Source of the DNA: an uncultured Acidobacteriota bacterium
GTDB taxonomy: Bacteria; Acidobacteriota; UBA6911
Assembly (NCBI GenBank): GCA_963827655.1
Contig: CAWHCF010000028.1
Span: 1-41,936, forward strand
Direction: 5' to 3'
Length of the DNA stretch: 41,936 nt
Both the position numbers and the translations under genes were made by a program. Positions 31,239 through 41,936 of the stretch are shown here, piece by piece. The notes under the pieces were generated by a model. It saw only the letters and a program-made list of their open reading frames with translations. It was not told the origin of the DNA and did not search any database. Each line of letters starts with the position of its first letter. Positions within the stretch are counted from its first letter, which is position 1.

Positions 31239-31293
31239 CGCATTTGCTGACACGGCCTCCGGCTGTTAATGCGATGCGGCGAAGGAGGAATTC

Positions 31294-33744
31294 ATGTGGC
31301 AGCGGCGTGAACGAGAGACAGGCTTGTTGGCTTCAACCCCATCCCATGCTCTGGAATTCAGGCATTCCCGGATGCTCGTGGGGGCAGGCAGCAGAGTCTG
31401 CCGCAACGGTCACCGATTGGTCATCCTGATCGTTCTGGTCCTGGTTTCCTTCGGGTTAGTCCAGGCGCAGGTTACGGCTGTCGATTTTTCCCGCGAGGTA
31501 GAGCGTTCGCTCCCCATCGAGGAGCTTTACGATCACCACAAGCAGTTGTCCAAAGGCCCGGTGCATTCTCCTCGTCGTCAATTCCGGCGCGAAGCCGGAA
31601 GCCGCGGAAATGGCCTTGCCGGAGCAGGGATGGACGTTGGTCTGGAACAGGCACAGCTCACCGGTGCTGGAAAACGCCGCTCGGGATTTTCAGGACTACC
31701 TTCAGACATCGATGCAGGTGCGGGGTGACGGCGGAGGGCCGGGATTCCTTGCAGCCGTGGGAGAGCCTGAGGCGGACGATCGTGGTGGGAACGCGCGACC
31801 AGCTGCCGGGGTGCGGCAGCCAACTCCAAGGTCCCAAGGATTACCAGATCCAGGTTTCGCCCGACCGGCTTGACGGTCTGCGGGTACGACGAACGCGGCG
31901 CCATGTACGGGCTTTACAACCTGGAAGCGCGCATGAATCTCCGCGAAGGGCCTTTTCTGCCGGGTGAGTTGAAAACGGTTCGGCACAGCCTCTACAACAC
32001 CCGCATGGTTCTCTCCTGGATGGGATGGATGGAATGGCCCGACAATCTCCTCGCCCACCTCGCTCACGACGGCTTCGACGCCATCTTTACATCCGTCTAC
32101 GCCAACCCCAACGGAGACCGAGGCCCTGCCGATACTTCGACCGAGTTTTATGCGCGGTTGCTTTTCCGGATTCGCAAACAGGATCCGGCCCGCATGCGGG
32201 ACCTGATCGAACGGGCGAGCCGATTCGGCATCAAGGTTTATACCCCCATCATCTACCAGTATCTCGGAACCCCTGAGAGTGAAGCGGGGCTGCGCAAGCT
32301 GGTGCGCGACATCCTGAGAGATTTTCCCGACATCCGGGGCTACGTCCTCCTGACCGAAGGGTTTTATTACAAGGAATGGAGGGCGGGCCACGCCGACAAT
32401 GAAGAGGAGATGCAGGAGTGGGCCAGGAACTGGACTCGAGCCGTCTCGATTGTGGCCGAAGAGTGTCACCGCGTGGATTCTGCCATCGAAATCCTCCCCT
32501 GGGAGTACAACATCGACTTTCGTCCGGAGAAAGCGAACTTGAAGCGCTACTTCATCCAGCAGCTCCCCGAAGGCACGATACCCCTGCTGACCTGGGAAAA
32601 TGGGAAGAGTTTCGAGATCGACGGGCTGCGCGGCTACCTGCGCGATTACTCTTTGAACCAGATCGGTCCGGCCGAGGTCACCGAGGCTCAGATCGAGGAG
32701 GCCCGCAATCGGAGGATGAAGGTCTATTCCAAAGTGGACACTTTTGCCAGCTGGCAGTTCGGCACCATCCCCTATCTTCCCTTTCCCTACCAGTGGCACG
32801 CGCGATATCAGGCACTGGAGAAGCATGGAGTCAGCGGAACCCTCGAAAGCTGGAGCAGCGGCTACAAACCAAACTTTATTGCCGAGATGCGGGCCTGGTA
32901 CTGCTGGAGCGAGGCGCCGCCCCTGGAGGATCTACTCGGCGCCATTGCCCGCCGTGATTTCGGGGCCGGCGCCGAGAAGCTGGTCCTGAAAGCCTGGGAT
33001 CACTTCAGCCGAGCCATTCGTCTGGTGCCCGACACCGGTCCTCACATGGGGACCAACAACGCCGTCGGCAATCCCCTTTTCTTTCAGCCGCCCCCGGCCC
33101 GGACCATGACGCTCAATTACTCTTGGCAGGATCAGGACAAGTGGATGGGGTATTTCGGCGGAGGGATCAACCCCTACTGGCCCTTCACGGTTTCCCGCAT
33201 GGTCTTCTACCCCGATTTCAGCAACCAAACCAACAAGTCCGAAGCGTATGCCAGAAGCGTTTCGGGAATCGGACGTCTGAAAGGGCAGGAAGGACTGGAA
33301 CTGAAGGTGCTTCCGGTATTCATGAAATACCTCCTGCTGGCCGCCGATGAGTTGGAGGAAGGGCTGAAACTATACCGGCAAGCGGCCCTGCTAAGCCCCG
33401 CCGACAAGCGCCAGAGGGCCGTCAGGGAAGTCGTAGTGGCTGAGCAGATCGAGAGGATGCTGCGCAGCAACCAGGCTATCCTCGAATTCGAGGACTTGCG
33501 ACTGCAACTGGCGCGGGAGTCCGATTCCGGAAAGGCCAAGGCTCTCCTGGACCGGATGGAAATTATCCTCCGCGCCGAAATCGCGCGCACCGAGCTCTCG
33601 CTGACGGCCGCCAGCCGGGATTCCCGACTGGGTTTTCAATTCGAGCAGGATTACGTCTACACTCCCTTTTCCCTGCGGGAAAAGCTGGAACTCTTGCGGG
33701 AATCCCTGGAAAAGCAGATTCCGGCTTACCGGAAAAAGCTCTGA
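31294..33744 (+). CDS. Large secreted uncharacterised protein, distant paralog of 25084-27945; several 5' frameshifts
   Basis: Signal peptide ending VQA/Q; pieces LENAARDFQDYL, IVVGTRDQL...DYQIQVS, then the 624-aa ORF from 31870. Confidence 0.75.
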
Positions 33745-33815
33745 TTCGATTCGAAACGAGTCGCGGATCATCCGCGAGCCGCGGTCAGAAATTTCATCGA
33801 GCGTCAAACAATTCC

Positions 33816-33845
33816 TTGACAGCAGTGAAGTAATCGGTTCATTCT
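33816..33845 (+). promoter_or_regulatory. Possible sigma70 promoter of the TonB receptor
   Basis: TTGACA(33816)-N18-CATTCT. Confidence 0.4.
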
Positions 33846-34045
33846 GGAGCGCACGTTGGCGAAAAATCGACGATTCACTAGAACTAGCGGCTGGTGATCC
33901 GAGCTTCAGGCTTGAAGGGGCGAGTCATCATCCGTTGGTTGGGCCCTGGGGTCGGTTTCACCGCTAGACGATATTGCAACGTCAAGAGATCGTGCTCTGT
34001 TCTGGAGTTTCTTTGGTCACGGGGTTTCGCCGAGGAGGCTGAAGA

Positions 34046-37000
34046 ATGAAGCAAGTCAACCATAGAATTCTGGCTTCTTTTGTTGTCCTTTACGCCTTGT
34101 GTGCTCCGGTCCTGGCACAGGTGCAGACCACAACGGCTATCACTGGAACCGTGACGGACTCCTCCGGCGCGCTCCTGCCTGGGGTCGAGGTGGTAGTGAC
34201 CGACCAGGATACCGGCACGGTTCGCCGCACTATTACCAACGACACGGGACTCTATGTGATCCAGTCCCTGAAGCCCGGGACCTACAGCATCTCGGCCAGT
34301 CTCGCCGGGTTCAAGACCGCCTTGGTGAAGGACCGGCAGGTTCAGGTGACTATTCCCGCCCAGGTGAACCTCGTCATGCAGGTGGGAGAGCTGACGGAGA
34401 CCGTTACGGTGTCTGGAGTGGGTGAAGAAATGGTCAACAAGACCACGGCCCAGCTGGCCACCACGATCAATGAGAACCTGGTGAAAAGCCTTCCCGTCGA
34501 GACCCGCAACTACTTCGATCTGGTGGCGCTGGCCCCTAACACGTCCCCCGAGTACCTGAACGGGAGCATGTCCTTCGGGCAGCACTCCATGAGACGGGTC
34601 AACGCGGCCTCAAGTTTCGAGTCGTCGGGCATCTTCGCTGCCGGGGAACGTGACTCGTCTTCGTTTGTTTCGATCGACGGGGCGAGTCCCCAGATCGCCA
34701 ACTACAACCAGACCGTCACGATCCAGTCGGCTTCCACCATCAAAGAGCTGAGGCTCGAGACCGCCAGCGCCAATGCGGAGTTCGGCAACGGGTCCAACGC
34801 GGTCAACGTGATCACGAAGAGCGGTACGAACGATTTTCATGGCGAGGTTTTCTGGCAGCATCGAAACGACAACATTGACGCGGTCGGTTATTTCACGAAT
34901 CTGGCGGGCCGGGTGCTCCCGGAATACAAACGGAACAAGTTTGGCGCTACCCTCGGCGGTCCGATCATCAAGAACAAGCTGCTCTTCTTCGCGAACTACG
35001 AAGGATCCAGGCTGCGACAGGCGGTACAGGGAAATGCCCGGGTTCCTACGGCACTGGAACGCAGCGGAGATTTCTCGCAGACTCAACTGTTTGCTTCACC
35101 CGGCGTTCTGGCGCCGCCCAGAGAAATCTACAACCCCTTTAGCTACGACCCGGCGACGGGACTACGCGCGGCCTTTCCTAACAAGAGGATTCCTTCCACT
35201 CTGCTCGATCCTTCAATGCAGGTTGTCCTCAAGTACACTCAGTTGCCCAACACAATCATCGACGGCATACCCCAATATTCGGGGCTGAACCGGACCGACC
35301 TGGACGAGAACCAGTATACGGCCCGGATCGACTGGCAGAAGAGTGAAAAGACCCTGGTCTACGGGCGGTATACGTTCGGGGAGAGAGAGGCTATCAACTC
35401 GGGACTCCTGCCACCCCTTCAGGGAGAGAGCACGCCGGCTTCCTCGAGAACGATAGTCGTCAACTGGAGCCAGGTGATCAGCTCCACCAAGCTCAACGAT
35501 CTCTCTCTTTCGTACGTGCGTCCGAAGTGGGGAATTGGTCGACCCATCGTAGGTGTTCCGGATGTCGCGGCCGAGATGGGGCTGACAAACGCCTCCACCT
35601 TTGGGGGCTCGCCTCTTTTTGGTGTTACCGATTTTACAGTCGCCTCGTCCGGTCAATTCGTCTGGGATCCCACCCAGAACACCTACCAGGCCAAGGACGA
35701 CTACAGCTTTACGATGGGCCGGCATTCTTTCAAGATGGGCGCGCACCTGACCGACCGGCGCCTGTACTACCTGATTGCGTCGACGGACAAGGGTCGCTTT
35801 AGTTTTCTCGAGACCTATACCAAGCCGTGTCCGGTGGGAAGAACCGTTTGCGACCAGGCGCGTACTGGCGCCGGCATACCCGATGGCGGGCTGGCTCTCG
35901 CTGATATGATGCTGGGTGCGTCCAACCTTGTGGACCTGCAACTCAGGGGGGTCGTCTGGCATGGGCAGCAGAAGTATTTCGGCGGCTACTTCCAGGACAC
36001 CTGGCAGGTAAGCCAGAAACTGACCCTCAACATGGGTTTGCGTTACGAATACTGGCGTCCGTGGACGCTGCCTCGCAACGCCGCGGCCACGTTTGATTTC
36101 AGCGGCGACGGGAAAATTGTCTATTCACTACAGAATCCCCTGGACGTCTATGATGCATCCAAGGACTACGGGAGGGACGCCCCCCTCAACCCGAATGTGC
36201 CGCGCCAGGGATACACGACGAGCAACGTGAATCTGGCCCCTCGGCTCGGATTTGCCTATACCATGACACCTAATACGGTAATTCGAGTGGCCGGCGGCAT
36301 CTTCTATGCCGGGAACATCAACGTCAACCAGATGTCGGACAACCAGTCAGGACCTCCTCCCTTTACGTTGCAGGGTGGTTCGGTCACGGACCGGACCGAA
36401 CAACTTCCTCCCATCCTGGTTAAGAACAGCTACGCCCTGCCGGCGCCTACGTCGATACCGGTGGCCTACAGCAATCCGCTGCCGACCGCGCGAGTTCTGG
36501 GGGAAGATTATTATCCTTCACCGGCGGTCTACCAGTGGTCTTTCGGTCTGCAGCAACGGATCAGCGCAAGCTGGGCGATCAACTTCGACTACATCGGATC
36601 CCACACGATTCATAACTCGCAGTTTGTACAGTTCAATCCGGGTGAGTTTCCTGTGGGACCCCTGGCCAATCTGTCGCTCCAGGAACGGCGGCGACTGAAG
36701 GGATGGCAGGGTGTCGACGGCTGGGTTCCCTGGGGTTCAGGGAAGTATGAATCGGGCACGGTGGGCATCAAGAACCGGGAATGGAATGGCCTCTCCTTCA
36801 TGTCCAACCTTACCTGGGCAAAGAATCTCACCACGAGCCACAGCTTGCTCGATAGTGACAGAGGCAACAACCATTACGCGTACTATGACAGCTGGCGCGG
36901 ACGTTCAAATTACATTCCAACCTGGCGCAGCATCAGCGCCTGGTCTTACAATCTTCCTTTTGGCCGCGGCATGAAGTACCCGCTGAGTGGAGTGGCTGAT

Positions 37001-37447
37001 GCGGTTGCCGGCGGCTGGACCGTCAGCGGGATCACGGAGTTTTCTACCGGTGCGTTCAACGGTGTGACGAGCAATGACAACTCGGGAACGGGTAGCGGGT
37101 ACCAGCGCCCCAACCTGGTTAATGGTTGCGAGATCGGCGATGCAGCCAAAGATCGCTTCCAGTACTTCAACACGGCTTGCTTTGTGGATGCCGCATTCGG
37201 AACCTTTGGAACCGCCAATCAGGGATTGATCCAAGAGCCGGGCATCAACAACTGGAACATCACAATGAAGAAGAGCTTCTTCTTTGCTGAAGGGAAGGAA
37301 TTGCAGTTCCGGGGCGAGATGTTCAACGCCTTCAACGTTACCCAGTGGGGTACCCCAACCACGTCGCTGGCCAGCACGAACTTCGGCCGTGTCCTCAGCA
37401 CCCGCCCGGCCCGACAGCTTCAGTTCGGCTTTTTCTTCACGTTCTAG
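34046..37447 (+). CDS. TonB-dependent receptor (Oar-type)
   Basis: GAGGAGG RBS, signal peptide, ITGTVTDSSGA, KSGTNDFHG, QDTWQV, FRGEMFNAFN, terminal Phe. Confidence 0.96.
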   Translation: MKQVNHRILASFVVLYALCAPVLAQVQTTTAITGTVTDSSGALLPGVEVVVTDQDTGTVRRTITNDTGLYVIQSLKPGTYSISASLAGFKTALVKDRQVQVTIPAQVNLVMQVGELTETVTVSGVGEEMVNKTTAQLATTINENLVKSLPVETRNYFDLVALAPNTSPEYLNGSMSFGQHSMRRVNAASSFESSGIFAAGERDSSSFVSIDGASPQIANYNQTVTIQSASTIKELRLETASANAEFGNGSNAVNVITKSGTNDFHGEVFWQHRNDNIDAVGYFTNLAGRVLPEYKRNKFGATLGGPIIKNKLLFFANYEGSRLRQAVQGNARVPTALERSGDFSQTQLFASPGVLAPPREIYNPFSYDPATGLRAAFPNKRIPSTLLDPSMQVVLKYTQLPNTIIDGIPQYSGLNRTDLDENQYTARIDWQKSEKTLVYGRYTFGEREAINSGLLPPLQGESTPASSRTIVVNWSQVISSTKLNDLSLSYVRPKWGIGRPIVGVPDVAAEMGLTNASTFGGSPLFGVTDFTVASSGQFVWDPTQNTYQAKDDYSFTMGRHSFKMGAHLTDRRLYYLIASTDKGRFSFLETYTKPCPVGRTVCDQARTGAGIPDGGLALADMMLGASNLVDLQLRGVVWHGQQKYFGGYFQDTWQVSQKLTLNMGLRYEYWRPWTLPRNAAATFDFSGDGKIVYSLQNPLDVYDASKDYGRDAPLNPNVPRQGYTTSNVNLAPRLGFAYTMTPNTVIRVAGGIFYAGNINVNQMSDNQSGPPPFTLQGGSVTDRTEQLPPILVKNSYALPAPTSIPVAYSNPLPTARVLGEDYYPSPAVYQWSFGLQQRISASWAINFDYIGSHTIHNSQFVQFNPGEFPVGPLANLSLQERRRLKGWQGVDGWVPWGSGKYESGTVGIKNREWNGLSFMSNLTWAKNLTTSHSLLDSDRGNNHYAYYDSWRGRSNYIPTWRSISAWSYNLPFGRGMKYPLSGVADAVAGGWTVSGITEFSTGAFNGVTSNDNSGTGSGYQRPNLVNGCEIGDAAKDRFQYFNTACFVDAAFGTFGTANQGLIQEPGINNWNITMKKSFFFAEGKELQFRGEMFNAFNVTQWGTPTTSLASTNFGRVLSTRPARQLQFGFFFTF

Positions 37448-37458
37448 CTCGAATGACT

Positions 37459-37485
37459 GCTTGCGCCCCCTCGGGGGGCGCAAGC
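37459..37485. terminator. Strong hairpin after the receptor stop
   Basis: GCTTGCGCCCCC-TCG-GGGGGCGCAAGC, perfect 12-bp stem; no U-tract. Confidence 0.55.
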
Positions 37486-37496
37486 GCCTCCTGCCT

Positions 37497-37688
37497 GTGC
37501 GGACGGGCTATCAAGCCCGTCCGGCTTACCCAGCGGCACAAATCAATTTTTACGCCGGACACGCCTTGCCGGGCCGCAGGCCCGGCAGTGAATAGCCACG
37601 CCCGCAATGGCGCTTTGCGTTACGAGACGGTCTCAAGACCGGCCCAGACGCATGTGCCGGACGGGCTCATCAAGCCCGTTCCGGCTAC
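37497..37688. repeat. Two REP-like palindromic repeats
   Basis: CGGACGGGCT-ATCA-AGCCCGTCCG (37500-37523) and GCCGGACGGGCT-CATCA-AGCCCGTtCCGGC-TAC (37656-37688). Confidence 0.7.
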
Positions 37689-37824
37689 GGCGGGAACGCG
37701 AGCTTCAGGGCCAAGGCATGCCGTACGCACCGACGGTGCGCAGCTGAGCCCGTCGACTCCAGGAGTGTCGCTACAAGTGTCGCGATGATATCCGACACTG
37801 CAGTTCGGCCGGAGTGGAATCCGA

Positions 37825-39460
37825 TTACTTGCTGGTCGTCAGGCGGGCCTGCTTGTTGTCCACTGCGAAGCCGGAAGAGACTGCCACTTGCCTCTGACTG
37901 ATACCGTCCCGGACATGGACTTTGAGCACATATTCACCGGGATTCAAACCGTTGAGAGAAAGTCCCTTGATCAAAACCATTCTCTGGCCGGAATAGAACT
38001 GGATTGATTCACCCCGCCTGTCGATCACTTCCCTGAGCACTTTACCCTGGCTGGTAATCGTGTAGGTAACCTGCACGAAGGGCGCTTGCGTCGATTGATC
38101 CAGGCCGAAATTGTAGAGCTGAAGATAGACGCCCAGCGGGTCGGAGGGCAGGAACACCTTGTCAATACTCGGCCTCACTTTGACATCGCCCAGGACAAAC
38201 ATCTGATCCTGTTCGGGGGCCTTGCCCAGCGTCTGGATAAACTCCGCCAGGACTAGAGAACTGGCTTCCAGCTGGTTGGAAGAAGGCGCAGGCGGAACCA
38301 GCCCCTTGCTGATCGCTCCTACTTTGCCACTGTTCAAGTCTTTGACCACGAGGTCCACTTTGTGCCGGATCTTTGAATTGAGCGGTATGATTTTCTGGTA
38401 CATCGACCGTTCCAGCAATCCCTGCTCCATCTCTTCAGGCCGGTAATTGGTGCTGACTACATCCTCAAACTCGAGCACGACGCGATTGGTCAGATCGGTC
38501 ACCATGCCATAAACGGCCACCCGTATGGAGTGGCCCGCCTGTCGCCGCCTTCCAGGTCAGATCCTTGTTCCGGAACTGGATCGTAAGGGGCGCCAGCATC
38601 TGTGCCTCATTGAGTTTGAAGTAATCCTGGCGCACCTGGAACGGAAGATCGGTATAGGTGACGTTGACTTTCACCATCTCCTTGAGGTCCGGGTACTTCA
38701 AAGGGGGTGGTTTCTGAACCCCGAAGAAGGTCTCATAGCGCCGCATCGGGTCGTCCTTGGACCGCGTATTCATGCCCGGGTAGGGCTCTCCATAATTGGA
38801 GACAAAGTAGGGCCGGTCCTTCTTGGCTCTGAGCCCGAATTCCTCCGCCGGGTCGGTCCGAGCCCCTCGCTGATACAAAAGGGCGTCCTTCTCTTCGGGG
38901 CCGACGCCAGGTAATACTCGTTGCTCATCTTCGGGTCTATGAACTCCAGTTCGACATCCGAGCCGACTCCGGGCAGGTTCCGATACCACCAGCGCTCAAA
39001 GGGGTAAACGCTGGTAAAGCCTCCACCTTCGTTTTCCCTGCGCTCGTAGTTTCCGCCCGTTGGATAAGCCTCCCTCTGGTCCGGAGGACCATGAATGATG
39101 TAGATGCGTCCGCGATCGGTCTTCCAGCCTGCGAATCCGCTCTTGAAATTCTCGTTGGCATACGCGATGCGGCGGTAGTGTTCTTCTTTGAATTCATTGA
39201 CCGCGGTCTTCGGATCGGGATCGCGGCGACTGCCAGAACTGTTCAATGAATTTGTCTCGTTCCTCGGTTGTCGTGAGCTTCTGGAAAACGTCCTTTTCCT
39301 CCGGGGAGATGATGTACACGACCGTTTCCTTCAGCCAGTTCTGGTAGTGACGCTGACTTTCCTTCTGAGCCCGATTTTTATTGCCTTGCGCGAAAGTTGG
39401 TGGACCTGAAATCCACAGCAGGAGGGAGCCGGTAAGTGTCAGGATAAAGCGAAGGTTCAT
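37825..39460 (-). CDS. GWxTD domain-containing protein, frameshifts near 39230, 38900 and 38520
   Basis: GGAGG RBS and signal peptide; WLKETVVYIISPEEK, EEHYRRIAYANE, GWKTDRGRIYIIHGPPD, VYLQLYN. Confidence 0.9.
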
Positions 39461-39639
39461 GAGAGCCTGACCTCCGAAAAATCGACGGGTGTTCCAGCGG
39501 AAGCTACGATCGTGCAGAATGATTCTCGCCAGGTGATTCAAATTAAACAATGGTTCTCGTCCGGTTGTCAATGCCGGCTTTGGAGTGCGCAAGCTTGTCT
39601 TGCGGACTTGTGACTCGCGGCAGATTGCTGCGGCAAAAC

Positions 39640-40270
39640 ACCCATGGTAGCGGAATCCTGAGCTGCCCGGGCGCGTGAGCCGCCAGCGCCGCGATGCCGG
39701 CTGCGTACGCCCGCCGGTGCTCCTGCGTCCACGGCGGACCGGCCGGCCGGCCGGTCGACTGACGAACTCTTCGATCTCACTGAGTGTCACACCGAGTTGG
39801 TCCGCGGCTCGCGACGTCTCCTGGCCCCGACGGCAAATTTGGACGTCGAGTCCGAGCTGCCGTGCCGCGCGGCAGATGGCCAGCTGATACATCATCCCAT
39901 CCGCGGCGCATTGCAGACGATACGATTTCCGTACTGCAGCGACCGTTTCGGGAAGCTCGGCAAACGGGGGCTCCCGGATCGCGAGGGCGACGACAGCATA
40001 GGCGGGTGCTAGTTCGGTCACGACGCGCGTGAATGCGTCGGAGGTGCGGGCCGCGATGGACCGCCGAACCCGCGCGATGAGCGCATTGGCATCGTCCTCT
40101 CTCATAGCGGTCGTGTCATGGTGGTATGGCAGCGTCGGCAGCCCCCGATCGATGAGCGCCACCCGCCGGCGCTCGATCACGGCTGGCGCCCGGCCACGCA
40201 CCGCCACACAGACCACGTGCGCCCAACCTGTATGTTCCGCCACGCTGACAACACACGGCGCGCTTCTCAT
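39640..40270 (-). CDS. Hypothetical protein, frameshift near 39750; 3' end uncertain
   Basis: VSVAEHTGWA, LPYHH, ADGMMY; continues as GPPWTQEHRRAYAAGIAAL in another frame. Confidence 0.65.
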
Positions 40271-40333
40271 ATCGTTACCCAACCCGCTTTACGGCCAGCC
40301 TTCCGTGGGCCCAGGGCTCATTCTCTCTGCTCG

Positions 40334-40362
40334 TTGACATAAACTAAGCGATCGTTTAGTTT
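40334..40362 (+). promoter_or_regulatory. sigma70 promoter with a TetR-type palindromic operator
   Basis: TTGACA-N17-TAGTTT; AAACTAAgCGA/TCGtTTAGTTT palindrome (10/11) at 40341-40362. Confidence 0.7.
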
Positions 40363-40486
40363 CGTGCAATATGGCATCGCGAGAACGCATGGCTTCGGAC
40401 GGTGCTGAAGACTCGCGCCGATCACGTCCACCGAGCGCTCCGACAACCAGAAGCTCGAGAACTGCTCCGGCAGCTCGTCTTTTTCA

Positions 40487-41936
40487 TTGCCGGTCATTGT
40501 CTTGCTCCTCCTTGCGGGAATGTTCGGCACAGGCCCGGCAAGGATGATCGCCGGCGCCGGAAACGGGTCGCAGAATGCGTCGCGGACCTGGCCGGCGCAC
40601 CTGGACGGCACGACTCGCTTCGAACTTCCGGGTGATATTCTCGTCCGGCAACACCAGCAGATCGAGGACTATTTCTTGAAGCGGATCCAGGCGTCGGCGG
40701 CAGTTCGCGACCAGGTCTGGAAGCCGGATTTTTCGTCCGTGACCGGCTATCCGGCGTCCCTCCAGGGTCACCGAAAACGCCTGGCCGAAATGCTGGGTTT
40801 GATTGCGGTCGAGCCGCCGGAGTCGAAGCCGAGACGCGTGATCCTGGCCGAGGGAAAGGTTCGGATTGAAGAAGTCAGGGTCTCGATCGACCAGGGATTC
40901 GATGTCCGCGCACTGGTTTTCTTCCCGGAGTCCGCAGTTCCAGCCCCGGCTGTCATTGCCATTCCTTCCGAGAATATGACGCGGGAGTCCTTTGCCGGTA
41001 TCGCCGCCGGTGAAGATCCCAGGGACTGGTTGCTGTCTCTTCTGAGCCGTGGCGTAGCGGTTGCCATACCGGTAACGGTTGAACGCAGCCTGGATCATGA
41101 GCTGTCTCAGCTTTCCTGGCAAGCGAGAATGACCCGCCGCCAGTTATTGCATCGGGTGGGCTTCGTGGTGGGGAGAACGATGGTAGGGCTCGAGGTTCAA
41201 CAAGTGATGGCCCTGCGGACTTTTCTGGCTTCCCTGAAAGAAATCGATGCAAAGCGTGTCGCGGTCCTTGGGGTCGAACAGGGAGGGATGACAGCTCTTT
41301 ACGCCGCCGCCGCCGATGAAGGCTTTGCCGGCGCCCTGGTCATCGACTACTTTCAAAAACGCGAGGACTGCTGGAAAGAGCCGGTCGATCGGATGCTGTA
41401 CGGTCAACTGGTTCCTTCGGCGATGCCGAGGTGGCAGCTCTGATCGCGCCTCGCCGGTTAGTGGCGCTCTCTCAACCTGCGGGTCCCGTCGACTTGAAGT
41501 CGGCCGACCTCGAGGCGAAAAGAGCGCGGCGCTTCTACGGGGGCTTGGGATTAGCTGAACGCCTGGAGGTCGCGCCGCCGACAGGGCCCTGGCCGCCGGC
41601 GCCGAAAAAATAGCGAGCTTGCTTGGGGCCGATCGGCTCTCAAGGGATAACGGGCTGTGTTTTCGCGCTTCCAAGCAACAGGTTGAAGAAGCCCGCGAAC
41701 AGCACTTTCAGGCTCTTTACAGTTACCTTCAAGGTCTCTGCGAAGCCAGCGCTCGCGTTCGAGACGATTACTGGAAGCTGGACACGGTCAAGCCGGAAGA
41801 ACGTCCCGAGCGCGTCCGAGCCCTGCACGGCGAACTCGCCAGGCTGATGGGAACAGTCTCCACCGAGGGTGTCCCACTCAATCCGCGAACTCGACTGATC
41901 CAGGTCAATGATCGCTTTGCGGCCTACGATGTCTTG
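40487..41936 (+). CDS. Secreted multi-domain alpha/beta hydrolase-like protein, frameshifted, running off the right edge
   Basis: Hydrophobic leader; VGRTMVGLEVQQV, IDAKRVAVLGVEQGGMTALYAAA; continues in other frames after ~41420 and ~41610. Confidence 0.75.

Noticed and set aside
30171-31253. 360-aa ORF as a transposase-amidohydrolase fusion
   Set aside because: The true amidohydrolase start (IDSHVH) is in another frame at 31002; the fusion is a by-product of the frameshift
39194-40282. 362-aa ORF as a single protein
   Set aside because: Frameshift read-through joining a hypothetical gene to the GWxTD N-terminus, which has its own RBS and ATG at 39460

Overview
GC-rich bacterial DNA with an Acidobacteria-like gene set: three Oar-type TonB-dependent receptors (one a fragment), a CRTAC1/ASPIC protein, a GWxTD protein and a TPR protein (taxon inferred from gene content only). 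It also carries an SDR, a NarX/NarL-type two-component pair, cydAB with a cupin, an M81 peptidase, HigBA and VapBC-type toxin-antitoxin modules among IS remnants (IS1-, IS6-, IS91- and rve-type), and a putative sugar-utilisation region. The window is a mosaic, with many genes cut mid-domain or frameshifted, so assembly artefacts are a caveat throughout. The best novel candidate is an outer-membrane protein (7755-8894) with an in-frame TGA just after its signal peptide, followed by a SECIS-like hairpin, i.e. a putative selenoprotein. Also notable are a tandem, heptamer-flanked miniature four-helix-bundle element, a GntR-HTH/Tat-protein fusion and a micro-inverted IS1 relic. All family calls come from motif recognition, not database searches.
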